DNA of 44,793 bases, taken from NCBI GenBank assembly GCA_038496445.1, contig JALMLS010000233.1, positions 1 to 44,793 of the forward strand, in the 5' to 3' direction. Each line of letters begins with the position of its first letter. Position 1 is the first letter of the stretch. Positions 1-11,618 of this stretch are shown here, piece by piece. The notes under the pieces are model-generated. The model was not told the origin of the DNA. It made no database searches and saw nothing but the letters and a program-made list of their open reading frames with translations. Source of the stretch: Trichosphaerium sp. ATCC 40318 (taxonomy: Eukaryota > Protista > Tubulinea). The position numbers and the translations under genes were made by a program.

Positions 1-1005
1 CTTGTTGGAGCTAAAAAGAGTATTAGAAGTGGCACATCAAATAATTACAACTAACGAAAATACAACACGTATTTTTCGTGTTAAAAATATGACCGCGAGC
101 TCGCGGTCGGAAACGAACACATTAAATACGTGTTACGTTCAAAACAGCATGCTTGCAGTCAGTTATAAAAAGACTTTAAAAAAAAAAACGGTTTTTAAAA
201 AAGTACACACTTTTTATGTGTACAAAAACCGACCGCGAGCTCGAGGTCAGGTACGAACACAATAAATAAGTGTTGTATACCATATACCGAGCAAGCAATC
301 AGTTATAAAGCAAGACTTTTTAAAAAAAAAAAAAACGGTTTTTTAAATAGTACACACTTTTTATGTGTACGAAAACTGACCACGAGCTCGCGGTCATGTA
401 CGAACACGTAAAAAGCGTGTTTAAAATCGTACAGCGAGCTTGTGGTCTGTAAAAAAAGCAAAACAACAAAAAAAATATTAAAAAAAAAGTACACAATTAA
501 ATTGTGTACCAAAACCAACCGCCAACTAGCGCGACTAACAAACACGCGATATACGTGTTCGAATGCCGCAGCGAGCTCGCTGTTGGATATTAAAACAAAA
601 TAAAACAGTGTGAACCAAAACCAAACGAAAAAACAACGCACACGCGTTCTGCGTGTTACGAAACCCTCGTTTGGGTTTGATTCTACCATGCAAAAAAAAC
701 CGCATGGTAACGAAAAATCGTACACATAAAAACCGTGTACAAAAACCATCGGTTTTTTTCTAAATTTACTTGAAAAATTAGGATCTTTGAAAAAACCATT
801 TAAAAGCAAAAAAACCCCCTTTATTAGTCTTTAAAAATTAAAATAAGACTAATAAAGGGGGTTTTAAAAAAAAAAGAGTAAAAAAGAGGTTAGTACCTAG
901 TACTCTCTTCCTCCTGAGCCTGGGCTTACCATCAGCTTCTTTGGAGGGCTCATCCTCATCAGAAAACTCAATGTTTATGAGAGAAAGGTCTTCATCTGAG
1001 CTCAT
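1..1005 (-). CDS. 5' end of an unknown gene (acidic/basic N-terminus MSSDEDLSLINIEFSDEDEPSKEADGKPRLRRKRVL), continuing off the left edge
   Basis: ATG near 1005; exon ends at donor G|GTACTA (896). Candidate acceptor TTTTTAG| at 11 with a CTAAT branch-like motif; phase is compatible (G|CT CCA ACA AG). Only ~40 codons are visible. Confidence 0.5.
60..760. repeat. Degenerate tandem array (~140-148 bp period) built of palindromes and short stem-loops
   Basis: GACCGCGAGCTCGCGGTC or variants at 91, 231 and 378; CAGCGAGCTCGCTG at 569; recurrent AACAC..GTGTT and GTACAC..GTGTAC stems with variable loops. Confidence 0.85.
811..865. repeat. Perfect 21-bp inverted repeat with a 13-nt loop
   Basis: 811-831 AAAACCCCCTTTATTAGTCTT is the exact reverse complement of 845-865 AAGACTAATAAAGGGGGTTTT. 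Confidence 0.95.
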
Positions 1006-1322
1006 CCTTGATTTATGAAAAGTCAAAAAAGTAAAATGAGGCTTTTTTTCCCCCAATAATTGCATTGAGAAATAGACAGAAAAATTTCGTGTTTCGAAAT
1101 GTGAATCGGAAATTTCGCCTGTTTAAAAAAAGTAAGAAAAAAATGAGAATTTGACAGTTTGCAAGATTGTTGATGAGGTCCTGGGTTTGTAAAAAACCCT
1201 ATTTTGCTGTAACCCTACAGGGAGATTGTATGTGCAAAAAACATAAAAAAAAGCCAAAAAAATCGAAAAAATTTTACAACAGGGTAGAGTAGTGTACAAA
1301 AAAATACGGTTGGTACATACTC

Positions 1323-1412
1323 CTAAACCCTAACCTTAATGTTCGGTGAAAACCCTAGTATCAGTGAATTAGGGTTTTGTACACTAGGGCTTAGGGGTTT
1401 AAACCCTAGTGT
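1323..1412. repeat. Telomere-like (telobox) motif cluster in inverted pairs
   Basis: TAAACCCTAACC, AAAACCCTA..TAGGGTTTT, ACACTAGGG..CCCTAGTGT. Confidence 0.65.
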
Positions 1413-2686
1413 TCTCTGATTCTCATTCGGTGAACCAACTACCAAAAAAGGCAAGTCTTGCTCATTAAGCAAAAATAAGCATTGAATATTGAAAAAATAG
1501 TACTTTAACAAAAACACCTCATAACTATGCACCAAGGCAATACAAATGGCCCATACTTTATGCATAGTAAACCAAGACATATTGGCATAATATACATCAG
1601 GCGCTACATATATGGTGATATACATGGCATGTAATCAAGGCAACCCTAATGGGTAGGCCATAAAATGGAAAAAAATATTTATTTACTATCACTATGCTGA
1701 GTCACACTCTAGTTTTTATCACCATGTAAATATGGCTTTATAACCATGAGGTACATATATAATGTGATGTTTGGTATAGTGGAGGGGGCTGGGGGCATTG
1801 GTGAACAGAGCAAAAAAAATGAATTTTTTACACATTTTTGGTAAAAAGTATCAATGCAGGTAGCACCATCTCATTCACTGAATGAAATATGTTTGGTATC
1901 CCCATGATGGCACAAACATCAATTTATTGAAAACTAAGTTTTGCAACTCTGAGATGGCCACCATACATCATATGTGATTCAAAGTGCAAAGCAACGTTTT
2001 GGGGAAAAAATGACGGAAAACTAAAATGGCATGTAGGTAATATTTACATTTACCATGATGCTATCCAAATACAACTATATGAGGCATGTATAACAACTAT
2101 GCCATATAGGATAAAAAATCACATGGTGTATGGTGGCAAGCAATCGAAAAACCCAAAAATGGCTCTGACTTTATGTATTTCACAAATTTTGGATCGCATA
2201 TATGCCGCCTCACCATTTCGATTGCATATTCATAATCTATGGCAAATTTGGTGACTAAAAACACGGTTTCGCAATCACGAGACGATATGGCAAGGGGGGC
2301 CCTCATGCAAAAAGAAGTTGCTTAAAAATAAGCAATGAACGCACATTCGAATCACCAAAAGCCATGACCATCTATGACCAAATCGTTGCTTGCATCATGT
2401 AGTCAGATTATAAACGCATACAAAAAAGCTTTGTGGGGTGTTATAGGTGATTTTATAATGCCGTTGTGTAAGCAATCCTTAGGCCAACGTGATTTTGCTG
2501 CTAAAAAGTGCCAAAAAGTGGTAAAAATGCTGCCGAAAATGCTATCTCATTATGGAGGATACCTATGATAATTTTGATGCCATATTTGGCTTGCAACGGC
2601 CATTTAAGGGCTAGAAACATATTTCATATTTTCATGGGGGGTGCTTGAAGCCATATTTCCACTCAGTTAAAGAGTTCGTTTTCATT

Positions 2687-2892
2687 ATAACCCTAATTGG
2701 ATTTTAGGGTATAGCTCTAATCATTATTTTTGTATATTAGGCCTAGGGTTAGTGCTGCTAATTATAATCAGTAATTTAGGGCTAGGGTTAGGTTTACAAC
2801 CCTAACTATTAACACTCAGAAACTGATTAGGGCTAGGGTTAGGTTTATAACCCTATGTTGTATTAGGGTTAGGTTGTGAGGCGTTAGGGTTT
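2687..2892. repeat. Degenerate TTAGGG/CCCTAA telomere-like cluster with a 50-bp-spaced direct repeat
   Basis: TTAGGGCTAGGGTTAGGTTTA(C/T)AACCCTA occurs at ~2777 and ~2827, with several further TAGGGT motifs. Confidence 0.75.
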
Positions 2893-3275
2893 GGATGTAG
2901 GCTTTCACCTTTTTATACTCTACACATTATTACTTTTAAGAGTGTATCTATATATTACCTTTTTTGCTGTTGTTGATTACTATTACATTAAATGTTTACT
3001 TGTATTTGTATATTAATTTTATTTATGGTTAATGTTAGTTTTATTGTATTGTAGTTATAGCAAACACGTTGGTTTTGGGTAATAAAGACTTGTAGTTATA
3101 TCCAGCATTAAAAATTTTGAGCTACAACAAAAACATGTACATACCATGAACCATAACTGCTCTATTAGAAATGGGGTTTATGTTGTTTACTACATGTATT
3201 GATTTTATGTAAGTAAGTTATAGTACTTTAGCAGTTTACGACACAACCAAACACAATAGCTTTAAAATTGTAAGA

Positions 3276-5075
3276 TCAATAATATCCACGATAATAAGAG
3301 TTATATCTATATGATGAAGTGTCTCTGAATCTACTTTGATCATCTTGGTAACCACCCAAATTCATATAACCTTCTTTGTGTTCATTTACATTTGCTTTTT
3401 TTTTCTTTCCTGAGCCAGTGCTGATCCATGGCGCCCGACAAAGCACACAAGTAACCTGTTGCAGCAGTCAATAATTATAAGATAAAATGTTCCATACTTT
3501 TTCATGAGCCCTTAGCTTTTGTTGCTCCCACATGTTAAAACAATTGGTGTGAACATTGTTTCCACAAGCTGCTTTACAAAAGACAACCTTGTCTCGTTTT
3601 TCAAAATCTTCATAGCATATAGGACTTGACAAGAGTCAATATGGTATAGCAAACTGGTGAATACACCCAACATACCACGCGCCTTCCACTGGTTTTTGCT
3701 TCACTCCATCATTTCCTTTCTTTAAATCTGGACTCTTAGAACCTGTGATTTCAGCGTATCTGGTCCTCACAGCTTGTGATGCCTAAACATTTAACAGTTA
3801 AGAAAAACTTGTTAAACTTTTTGCAAGCATACAAATGCACTACGAGGATCTGCAGGTGCTTTGGCATATATGTCTTCTAACTCACTGGTGAGAAGCGCAT
3901 GTTGGTAAATGTACGAAGAGCTAGAGGGAACTTTAAGAACTTTCAAGTAGACCATGATCTTGTTTTAAGGCGTTAACAATAAAATAAACCCTAACTTCTA
4001 TTACGCACAATGTGCTTGCAAATATAGCCATTAGCGTGGTCTGGACATGTGCATGATGGTATATGACCAATCTCAACTGTGTAAACATTACCAACAGATC
4101 CCAAGACCACAAACTGGTGTGTTAAGGATCCCTTTTGTAAAACAGGTTTAGGCTATTACTTTGAGATAGTGTGGCAAAAAAGGCTCCTACCTGTTTTGGT
4201 GGTGCTCTTGATATCAGATATATCCTTTGGCTTCTAGCACGATAAATACGATCCATAATTTTGCTGGAGGCTTTTGAACGATACCTAAATACATATATAA
4301 AACGTCTGATACTTGGTAGTGATCAAATAGTACCTAGCAAGTCGCTTCTCTTGTGGCTTTTTAGGTGTGCGCTTCTTTGGCGTACTCTTTTTCTTTGGGA
4401 CCCTCTTTGGAGAAGGACTAGAAACTGACACTTTCTCCTCTTTGGGCTGAGATATAAAAGCCGGTGAAGCGATCATAGAGCGCTGGTTCGTAGTTGTCCT
4501 CACTTTTTTTTTCGGTGGAGGAGCTACATAATCGTCATATGCGTCATCTTCAAACTCAGAACCACTGTCCTCAGCAAGATAATCATCGCTTTCATCACCA
4601 GAATCATCAGAATCATCAGGTTCGTTTACATCCAATTTGCGTTTACGTCCTGGTACGCCATCAATCTCACCTTTAAAACACCATCTTCAATCACGTTACC
4701 CAGAGTCCAATCACAAGTGTCGGTACCTGTCTTTGTTACTGCCGGCCAGCGTATGATTTTTTGTTGTCAAACCGACGAGCTCAACATCCCCATTATCGAA
4801 TTTAATCCTATTTAACGAGTCAAAAACACGAACAAGTTTTACTGCAAAATACCAGTGCTGGAATTTATCGCGTTTTGAAAGAAAATAATTAATAACGTGA
4901 TTACGCACTCGTATGCCCTCTCTTTACGCACATAGCGCCCAACTGTACCAAAATAATACATTTTTTCGTCATCGTACCAAACAGCGCTACCAAACACGTT
5001 AATTCACACCACAATAGTAATGGCTGCAAAGATTAGGACGTTGTAACCATACACTCGTTTATCCCGTTTACTCAT
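3276..5075 (-). CDS. Tudor-like + acidic linker + SWIM zinc finger + RING finger protein (ZSWIM2/MEKK1 N-terminal-like putative E3 ligase)
   Basis: Spliced translation gives RVAVWYDDEKMYYFGTV..YEIKFDNGDVELVGL (Tudor-like), FVVLGSVGNVYTVEIGHIPSCTCPDHANGYICKHI (SWIM) and CPICYE..FCKAACGNNVHTNCF..CVLCRAPW (RING); GT-AG introns. Confidence 0.85.
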
Positions 5076-5244
5076 TTTGTGGTGTACAGTACAAGTACAG
5101 ACCCCAATTAGTTGAGAATAAGAATTGCCAAACACGAGTGCGTTCAGGAGTCAGACACTGCGTGCTACAGTTTGTTTATGGGTTTTTTATTTACTTATTT
5201 TGACAATTTATTTCTTTTAACAGGATTCCTTTTTTTGGCTGTCC

Positions 5245-7841
5245 TCATACTTCTATGACAGCATTTTCCCCAGGACCGCCTGGATTAACTGGAGGTAACC
5301 CAATAGGCGGCGTAACAGCTCGAATATTTGCTGGATGTTTAATAATACCCATTTCTTTGAATATAAGCGCTAAAGCAAAATCAGTACAGAACGAAAACTA
5401 AATATTTACAACAGACCAGGGTATAGAAATAAACTATTGAACCAACCAGCAAGTAGCCTATATTCCGAGCTGCTAGAATGATCAGATAACGATTCTATCA
5501 ATACATAAGTTAAGACAGGTTGACATGGTAAAGTAAACAACAAAAAAAAAAGCGATAAAAAATAAAAAAAAAAAGAGGTACAAGCCCTTCATAAGGAGGA
5601 TTAACCACGCACCTAGATCTTCGCCAGAAGCTTCAAGGTCATCCAAAGATGTCAAAAGCTGATACATCGCCTTGAATGTGACAGGAGAAGGAAGAACCAG
5701 AGGAAGTCTAATGGATGGCCGTGGCTAAAAAGCAGTTAATATTCAATCCGAAAACAATATTAAAATTTAGCGTAATAAAATTGTACTTCTTCTGCAGCGA
5801 TATTAGCTTGAGGAACCACCTCAGTTTCATCCATATTTCGGCGAAGCATACGACGCTTTGAAGGTCTCATAATGTAGTCTTCGTGTTCAATGTCCTGTTC
5901 ACGGTCCTGTTCACGGTGACGTTTAACACGTTCTTGAAGCGAAGTGAATTGTCCATGATCAAAACAACCCATTTGTTCCAGAATTTGGTAACGTCGCCTA
6001 CACTGACTGTCTGTGCGCGGAGGCAGTGCTTTTGCTACAGCCGACCAATTGCCCTTCCCAAGTTTTGCAACAAGCTAAAGTAATTGTAAAGAAAAAAAAA
6101 AAGACATGGTGGGCAAGAGTATAAACTGTAAAATACCCCAGCAAGATCGCTATCCTCTTTAATTGACCATGGACCTGATTTGAGTTTAGGATCAAGGGCA
6201 TTACACCAACGCTCGCGACACTGGGCATCAGTACGATTTGGTACATGCTCTTGGAGTTTTGCCCATTTTTGTCCATGTGCCTTTAATAAAACATGGGTTA
6301 GTAAAAATAATCTATTTGTTGAACAAACAACAAATAGTCACAACACGAACCTGCACAGCCATGATAAGGCGCATGTCTTCCTCTAAGCTCCAACGCCCTT
6401 GTTTTATATTTGGACTTATTGCTTTTTTGAACTGTAGAATAAAAGTTAATATGATAAGCATATGATTGATAGCACTTGTAATAAACGCACCCTGTGCAAA
6501 CACTGCTGGCCAGTTCGACCATCCAAGCAATTGGCAACTTGAGCCCAATTTCTTACACCAAATCGATTTACGGCATCCCTCAGCTGGCTATCTTCATACT
6601 CTGTCCACTTTCGCTTCAAGATGCTCTTATTTCTCATTTGAACTCTTTACAAAGTAGTAAGGTAAAAAAGCCCAGTCCAAATCAATACCTGTGAAAGCAC
6701 ATCCAAGCAGTTCTTTTAGTACCAATAGCAGCAGCTATCTTTTCCCAATCACGTCCTATTTGTCACATTGTCAACAAAAAAAAACCAAAAAAATTCATTG
6801 CTGTTGTAGCACAAACCGTGGAAGTCCGACATGGCCTTTGTCAAAGCAGCGTCTTCCTCTTTTGTCCACTTTGCGGAAGTATTTACTTTTGGACTCAACC
6901 AGGAACGCCAATGAATCATGCAATCATCTCCTGTGCGCTCTACTATATCCATGTCATGAGCAATTTTATCCCAATCCGCACTCTCCTGTTAGTTAAAAAC
7001 AACACACATTCAGCTTAGAAAGAAATCACAAAGAAAAGAAAAAAAAAAGTTGCGTACTGCTGCTCGGTCAAGGTTCAATTCTTCGTTAGACTTCTTACCC
7101 AACAACTCCACTCCTGCATGAAAACTTTCCTTATCACTACATACCACTGATAACTGGGTAATGCGAGCCTTCAAAGCAACTCGACGGAGCCCCTTGAGAA
7201 TGGCCGCTTCTTCAGCCTACCAAAACAAAAACTGTTAGCCACCTGTGGCAACCAAACAAACACAATCCGCACCTTTGTCCATGATTTGAGTCTGTAGGCC
7301 AATGGCATCTTTTGCAAGCGCTGGAATTTAGCTTCAGCATGAGCGTTCAGCTTTGGCTTATTACCACTAGGGCTTACAAAATACTCGTTGTCTACTTGTT
7401 GTTATAATAATACTTTGGGCATATATTTGCGATAGCAGCAAAAAAAAAATCTTTCAAAATCAATAAATTGCAACTAAAAGCGTAAATGTTGGCAACGAAA
7501 AAACAAGAAAAAATTATAATCTCAATACTGTACAAAAACTTACTTGTGTGGCGCCTTGCTGATGTCGGCTCCCTCTTTTTTCTGGTGCTGCTACTACCGC
7601 TCTTTTTTACGCTAACGCGCACAAGTTCTTGTAATTCGCTGTTCCTGTGAATGGCATCATTGAGGGACCTAATTAAAGCAAACCAGCATTGGTATTTGAA
7701 CGGGCCTTTTGATAGTTACAATTACACAGTTACTTACTTTAGTTGCCGTTGTAACAACTCCTGGTATTCTCTGTTCTGCCTCAACGCATTTTCAATCGCA
7801 TCTTCCGCAGTATAGAAGCTAGAGCCACTGAAATCGCCCAT
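5245..7841 (-). CDS. SNAPC4: Multi-Myb-repeat protein, snRNA-activating protein complex subunit 4 (SNAP190)-like
   Basis: N-terminal ALRQNREYQELL helix; ~4.5 Myb repeats (WTKEED, WTEYED..RTGQQCLHR, GRWSLEED..RTDAQCRERW, GPWSIKED..RTDSQCRRRY). Confidence 0.75.
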
Positions 7842-8100
7842 CACGCACAGAGGCACCAAATTGTTGCGTTTTCTGTTGCTTTCACTTCACTTTATTTATG
7901 TACAATTGATTTGGACGAATTTTCAGAGCTTGTTCAATCAGGAATTATAATAACGACCAAAAAAAAATTGTTCAAAAAAAAAAAGAAATACTTAGTGACA
8001 AATAATACGTGCTTCTCTTTACAAGTATTGGTACAAACGCAATTACATTATTTCGGTGGGTTTTTTTTTCGGCGCGTCCTAACGTTCAACGCCAAATTAG

Positions 8101-11100
8101 TTAAAATTGTGCAAAAATTTCTTTCACAGAGTCTGGTAATTCCATATCTTCAGCAACAGGACAACCAGGCTCAGCATTTTCAAAATTTTGAAAGTTTGAA
8201 GTATCACGGAAATTCTAAAGAGCCGATAAGAAATGAGGTCTTAACAATACAAAAAAAAAACAGCGTACAGTGATTTTAGGTGTAATTGGGCCTTTTCTAT
8301 CTCTTCGACCCACTTGAAGCCAGTTAACATTACGGAGGAAAGGGTGCTTCTTTATGTCACCTAACAAAAATCAAAGTAAATCACGGGCACGCACAAAAAA
8401 TTACAAAAAGGCTATTAAAAAAATAAAACTGGCGCCACTCACCAGCTCCACCCTTGCCAGAACCGAGTCGCCGAGAAGGATCAGTCTTCAACAACTGGCG
8501 TATCAAATCTGTTACTTCAGCTGAAAAGTAGGCTGGTATTACTAACGTTTCGGCTTGTTTTATTTTCTCAAACTTTAGCATGGTTTGCTCTTCTGTAAAC
8601 GGTGGGTATCTTAAATATAATTTGTTATTACATTATAACAGTTGAATAAATCCCAAAAGGCCGTATAACAATGACACTTTATAGAAACGTACCCCGCCAA
8701 CATTTCAAAAATGAGAATGCCGAGTGACCACCAATCCACAGCTTTGTTGTGTCCTTTTCCTTCAATAATCTAAAGTAAACAGTTAAAATAAAGGATGATG
8801 AGATAAAAAAGAAATGATAAAATAAAAAAAAGGTATAACTAACCTCAGGAGCTATGTAATCAGGTGTACCGCACATCGTCCATGTTCTATCCGTTACAAT
8901 CTATTTAAAATAAATGATATAACAAGTCAAGGTTCAATCAACTACTCTACCTTTGCAAACCCGAAATCTGTTAGTTTTATATGACCACCTACGTCTAGTA
9001 AAATATCTCGAAATAGTCAAGGATGATGTCTTAATATGGAATATGATTAAATTTGTTTTGATCAAACAAAAAAAAAAGTGAGGAAAGGATACTCTCTGGT
9101 TTTAAATCACGGTATATAATATCTTTGCTGTGCATGTATTCCAATATCAGAACCAATTCAGCCACATAGTGTCGGACCCAGCTTTCCTGTAAGCGCCCGT
9201 ATTGGCGAATGTACATGAACATTTCACCACCAGGTACATATTCAAGCAACATGTAAACGCTATCTTGATCGTTGTACGTGGAGAACCTGATAAAAAATTA
9301 AATTAGATTAAAAAAAGAAAAAACACGTTGTTATTTTAATTAGTAGTAGCAGAAAAATAAATTGATCAAGGACTTACAATCTTACCACCCCAGGATGTGC
9401 TATTGTGGATAAAATACTCTTTTCATTTTGTACATGCTCTATTTGTTTGAAGTGATATATTGTTTTCTTGAGCAATATCTTCATGCAATAGTATTGGTGT
9501 GTTTGTTTATGCTTGCACAATTGAGCTTTACCGAATGTGCCAGTACCTAGGACAATATTAGAAAACATTTCTTTTTTTTTTGAATTTTTTGAAAGACAAA
9601 GAACTCTGTACAAAAACGTACCCAACACGCGGAAAAATTCATAATCCTTTAGTGTGGTATTTGGATGTGGTGAGCTTGTGCCTATGCAGCTTCTGCGTTT
9701 TTGCATGTTGTCGTTCTGAGCCCTTTTTCTACCATTATTCGCTAACGGAAATTGATAGACCATGCGTGACGCATCGGCCATATTTGACCTACACTATAAG
9801 AAACAGCCTTTTTTTTTTCTAGGTTTTGCTTGAAAAAAAAAACGGAAAAATAAATAAATAAAAATGTCAAATAAAATTCACCACCACGATATTGTACTGC
9901 TACGATCATTACAATAACTGATCGCTTATGGAAAAAATACAAAAGCTTTACAAACATGACTTTAGTACTTGTTGAAAGAACGTACAAGTTAGATGGCACC
10001 CGTCCAGGGTGTTCTATACGTGTGGATGTATCAACAAGTGGTTGTGACATTGGTGCATCTTTGTTAACCTTGAATACCTGCATGAACTGATTCGGTTGTG
10101 GCTTTAACATATTTAGTATATTTCGAAGCGCTTGTTAGAAAAGAATTTACTGCAGGAGTTGATTGTCCAGCGTGGTGATACAAAAAAAAACAAACGTAAT
10201 AAAAATAAAAAAAGGGTGGTGTACCGTAGAGTGTGTCATTTTTGGGCGTTTTGCTGGAGGTTGTGCTCGCATCCTACTGTTAAATCAATTGGCAATGAAA
10301 CCAATCAAAAAAAAAAAAAAGTGCACAACAAAAAACGAAGTGACTTGGTTTGTGAACCGGAGATACGGAGTAGTTTAAACAAGATAAAACAAGCAAACGT
10401 ACACGCCATTTGGTTGCTGATATTGTTGCTGCTGATGACCAGCCATTGCCTGAGAAAAACTATTTAATAAAACGGTTTACACAACGCATGTCAAAGTGTA
10501 CGCGTATTTTTAGACCCGTATAACACTACGTATATAATAATACTGGCAAAACCCTTTTTCTTTTGGGTAGGTTTTTTTTTTTTTGTACCTGATGAGCGCG
10601 TTTTAAACCTTCCTGCGTCTCGTGTACCATAGACATCATCGGAGCGATGCCATAACCATTGGTTGTAGGGGCTAGAGCAAAAGCGTTATTACCCAAAAAG
10701 TGCGGAAACAAAATAAAACAATAAACAGAAAATTCAAAAGCAATTAATACCGTAGCAACTACCGAAGTTTGGAAATTATACAATAATTTGAGGCGGTGTT
10801 GTTTGGAAATGTAAAGCGTTGTGTAGGCGAGAAGCCAAAAAAAAAAAAAAATACCAAGCGCACACGATGGCGACGTACCCATTTGAGGGTTCAGTTGGCC
10901 ATTTACGTTGGTTGATGCACGCTCTTCAATAGGAGCAACGCGAGCGAGATGTGACTGTAGCAATTTGTGCGTGTCGAGTTGGTCGCCTTCATCTAGGCCA
11001 AAGCCAGGCTCAAGCTTTCCGAGTTGTTGAAGAAAGCAAAGTAAGTGATGACGCGCAATCAAAAGGTCACTGGGTCGGTTGTAATTTTGTAGGGTGCGTG

Positions 11101-11320
11101 GAGATTGCTTGAGGAGGTCATTTATACACTGTGTGACTTGCCGATATATATTCTTGACCTGCGCCTCTATAAGTATCGTATCAGATGTCGCAGACCCAAT
11201 ATTTGGCGTTTCGGCGGCACTCAAGAGGTCATTGCCCGCGCCAAGGATATCAAGGCTGTCCATGAAGTTATTGAACGGAGCTTCTTCTGCTGGGTAGTCT
11301 AAGGCACCTATATGGTCCAT
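8101..11320 (-). CDS. pkaC: cAMP-dependent protein kinase catalytic subunit (PKA/PRKX-like AGC kinase) with a long N-terminal extension
   Basis: GTGTFG loop, [49 protein letters not shown], and C-terminal FAQF-stop (FxxF). Upstream exons appear to splice back to the ATG at 11320. Confidence 0.85.
9007..9092 (-). other. U12-type (minor spliceosome) GT-AG intron
   Basis: 5' site GTATCCTTT; branch point TCCTTGAC with the A ~10 nt from the 3' end; ends GAG. Removal restores DLKPE-N-ILLD. Confidence 0.85.
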
Positions 11321-11608
11321 TTTTACCCTTGTTAAACTGATCGCTTCGCTTTTTGTTTATTAATTTCTTTCCAACCGCAATAAATCCGCTATTTCAATAT
11401 CCTTTGGTGTCGCCCGCGCTTATCTAAGGACACCAGAAGCAAAAAAAAACCGATTGTTTTCTTTTTGTGGCAACCTAAACTGCTTGGTTAAAAACGCCAA
11501 CACCGTTGAGCTTTTTACGTTTTTCGTATCGCAAATTATCACACAGCGTACCTCACCAATGAATAGCCAAATTAACAAACTCAAATTTTTGTTGTAAGAA
11601 AAAAACAC

Positions 11609-11618
11609 ATGACGTCAT
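11609..11618. promoter_or_regulatory. CRE-like palindrome ATGACGTCAT upstream of the PKA gene
   Basis: Perfect TGACGTCA core just upstream of a probable 5'UTR intron (~11424-11551/11556). Confidence 0.3.

Noticed and set aside
60-760. CRISPR array interpretation of the palindromic repeats
   Set aside because: The sequence between palindromes is itself repeated rather than unique spacers, the period is ~140 bp, the context is eukaryotic and no cas genes are present.
2-809. ORFs 2..265 (+) and 303..809 (-)
   Set aside because: Low-complexity K- or F-rich translations of the A-rich repeat array, with non-ATG starts.
2687-2892. True chromosome telomere
   Set aside because: The motifs are degenerate, in mixed orientation and internal, with genes on both sides.
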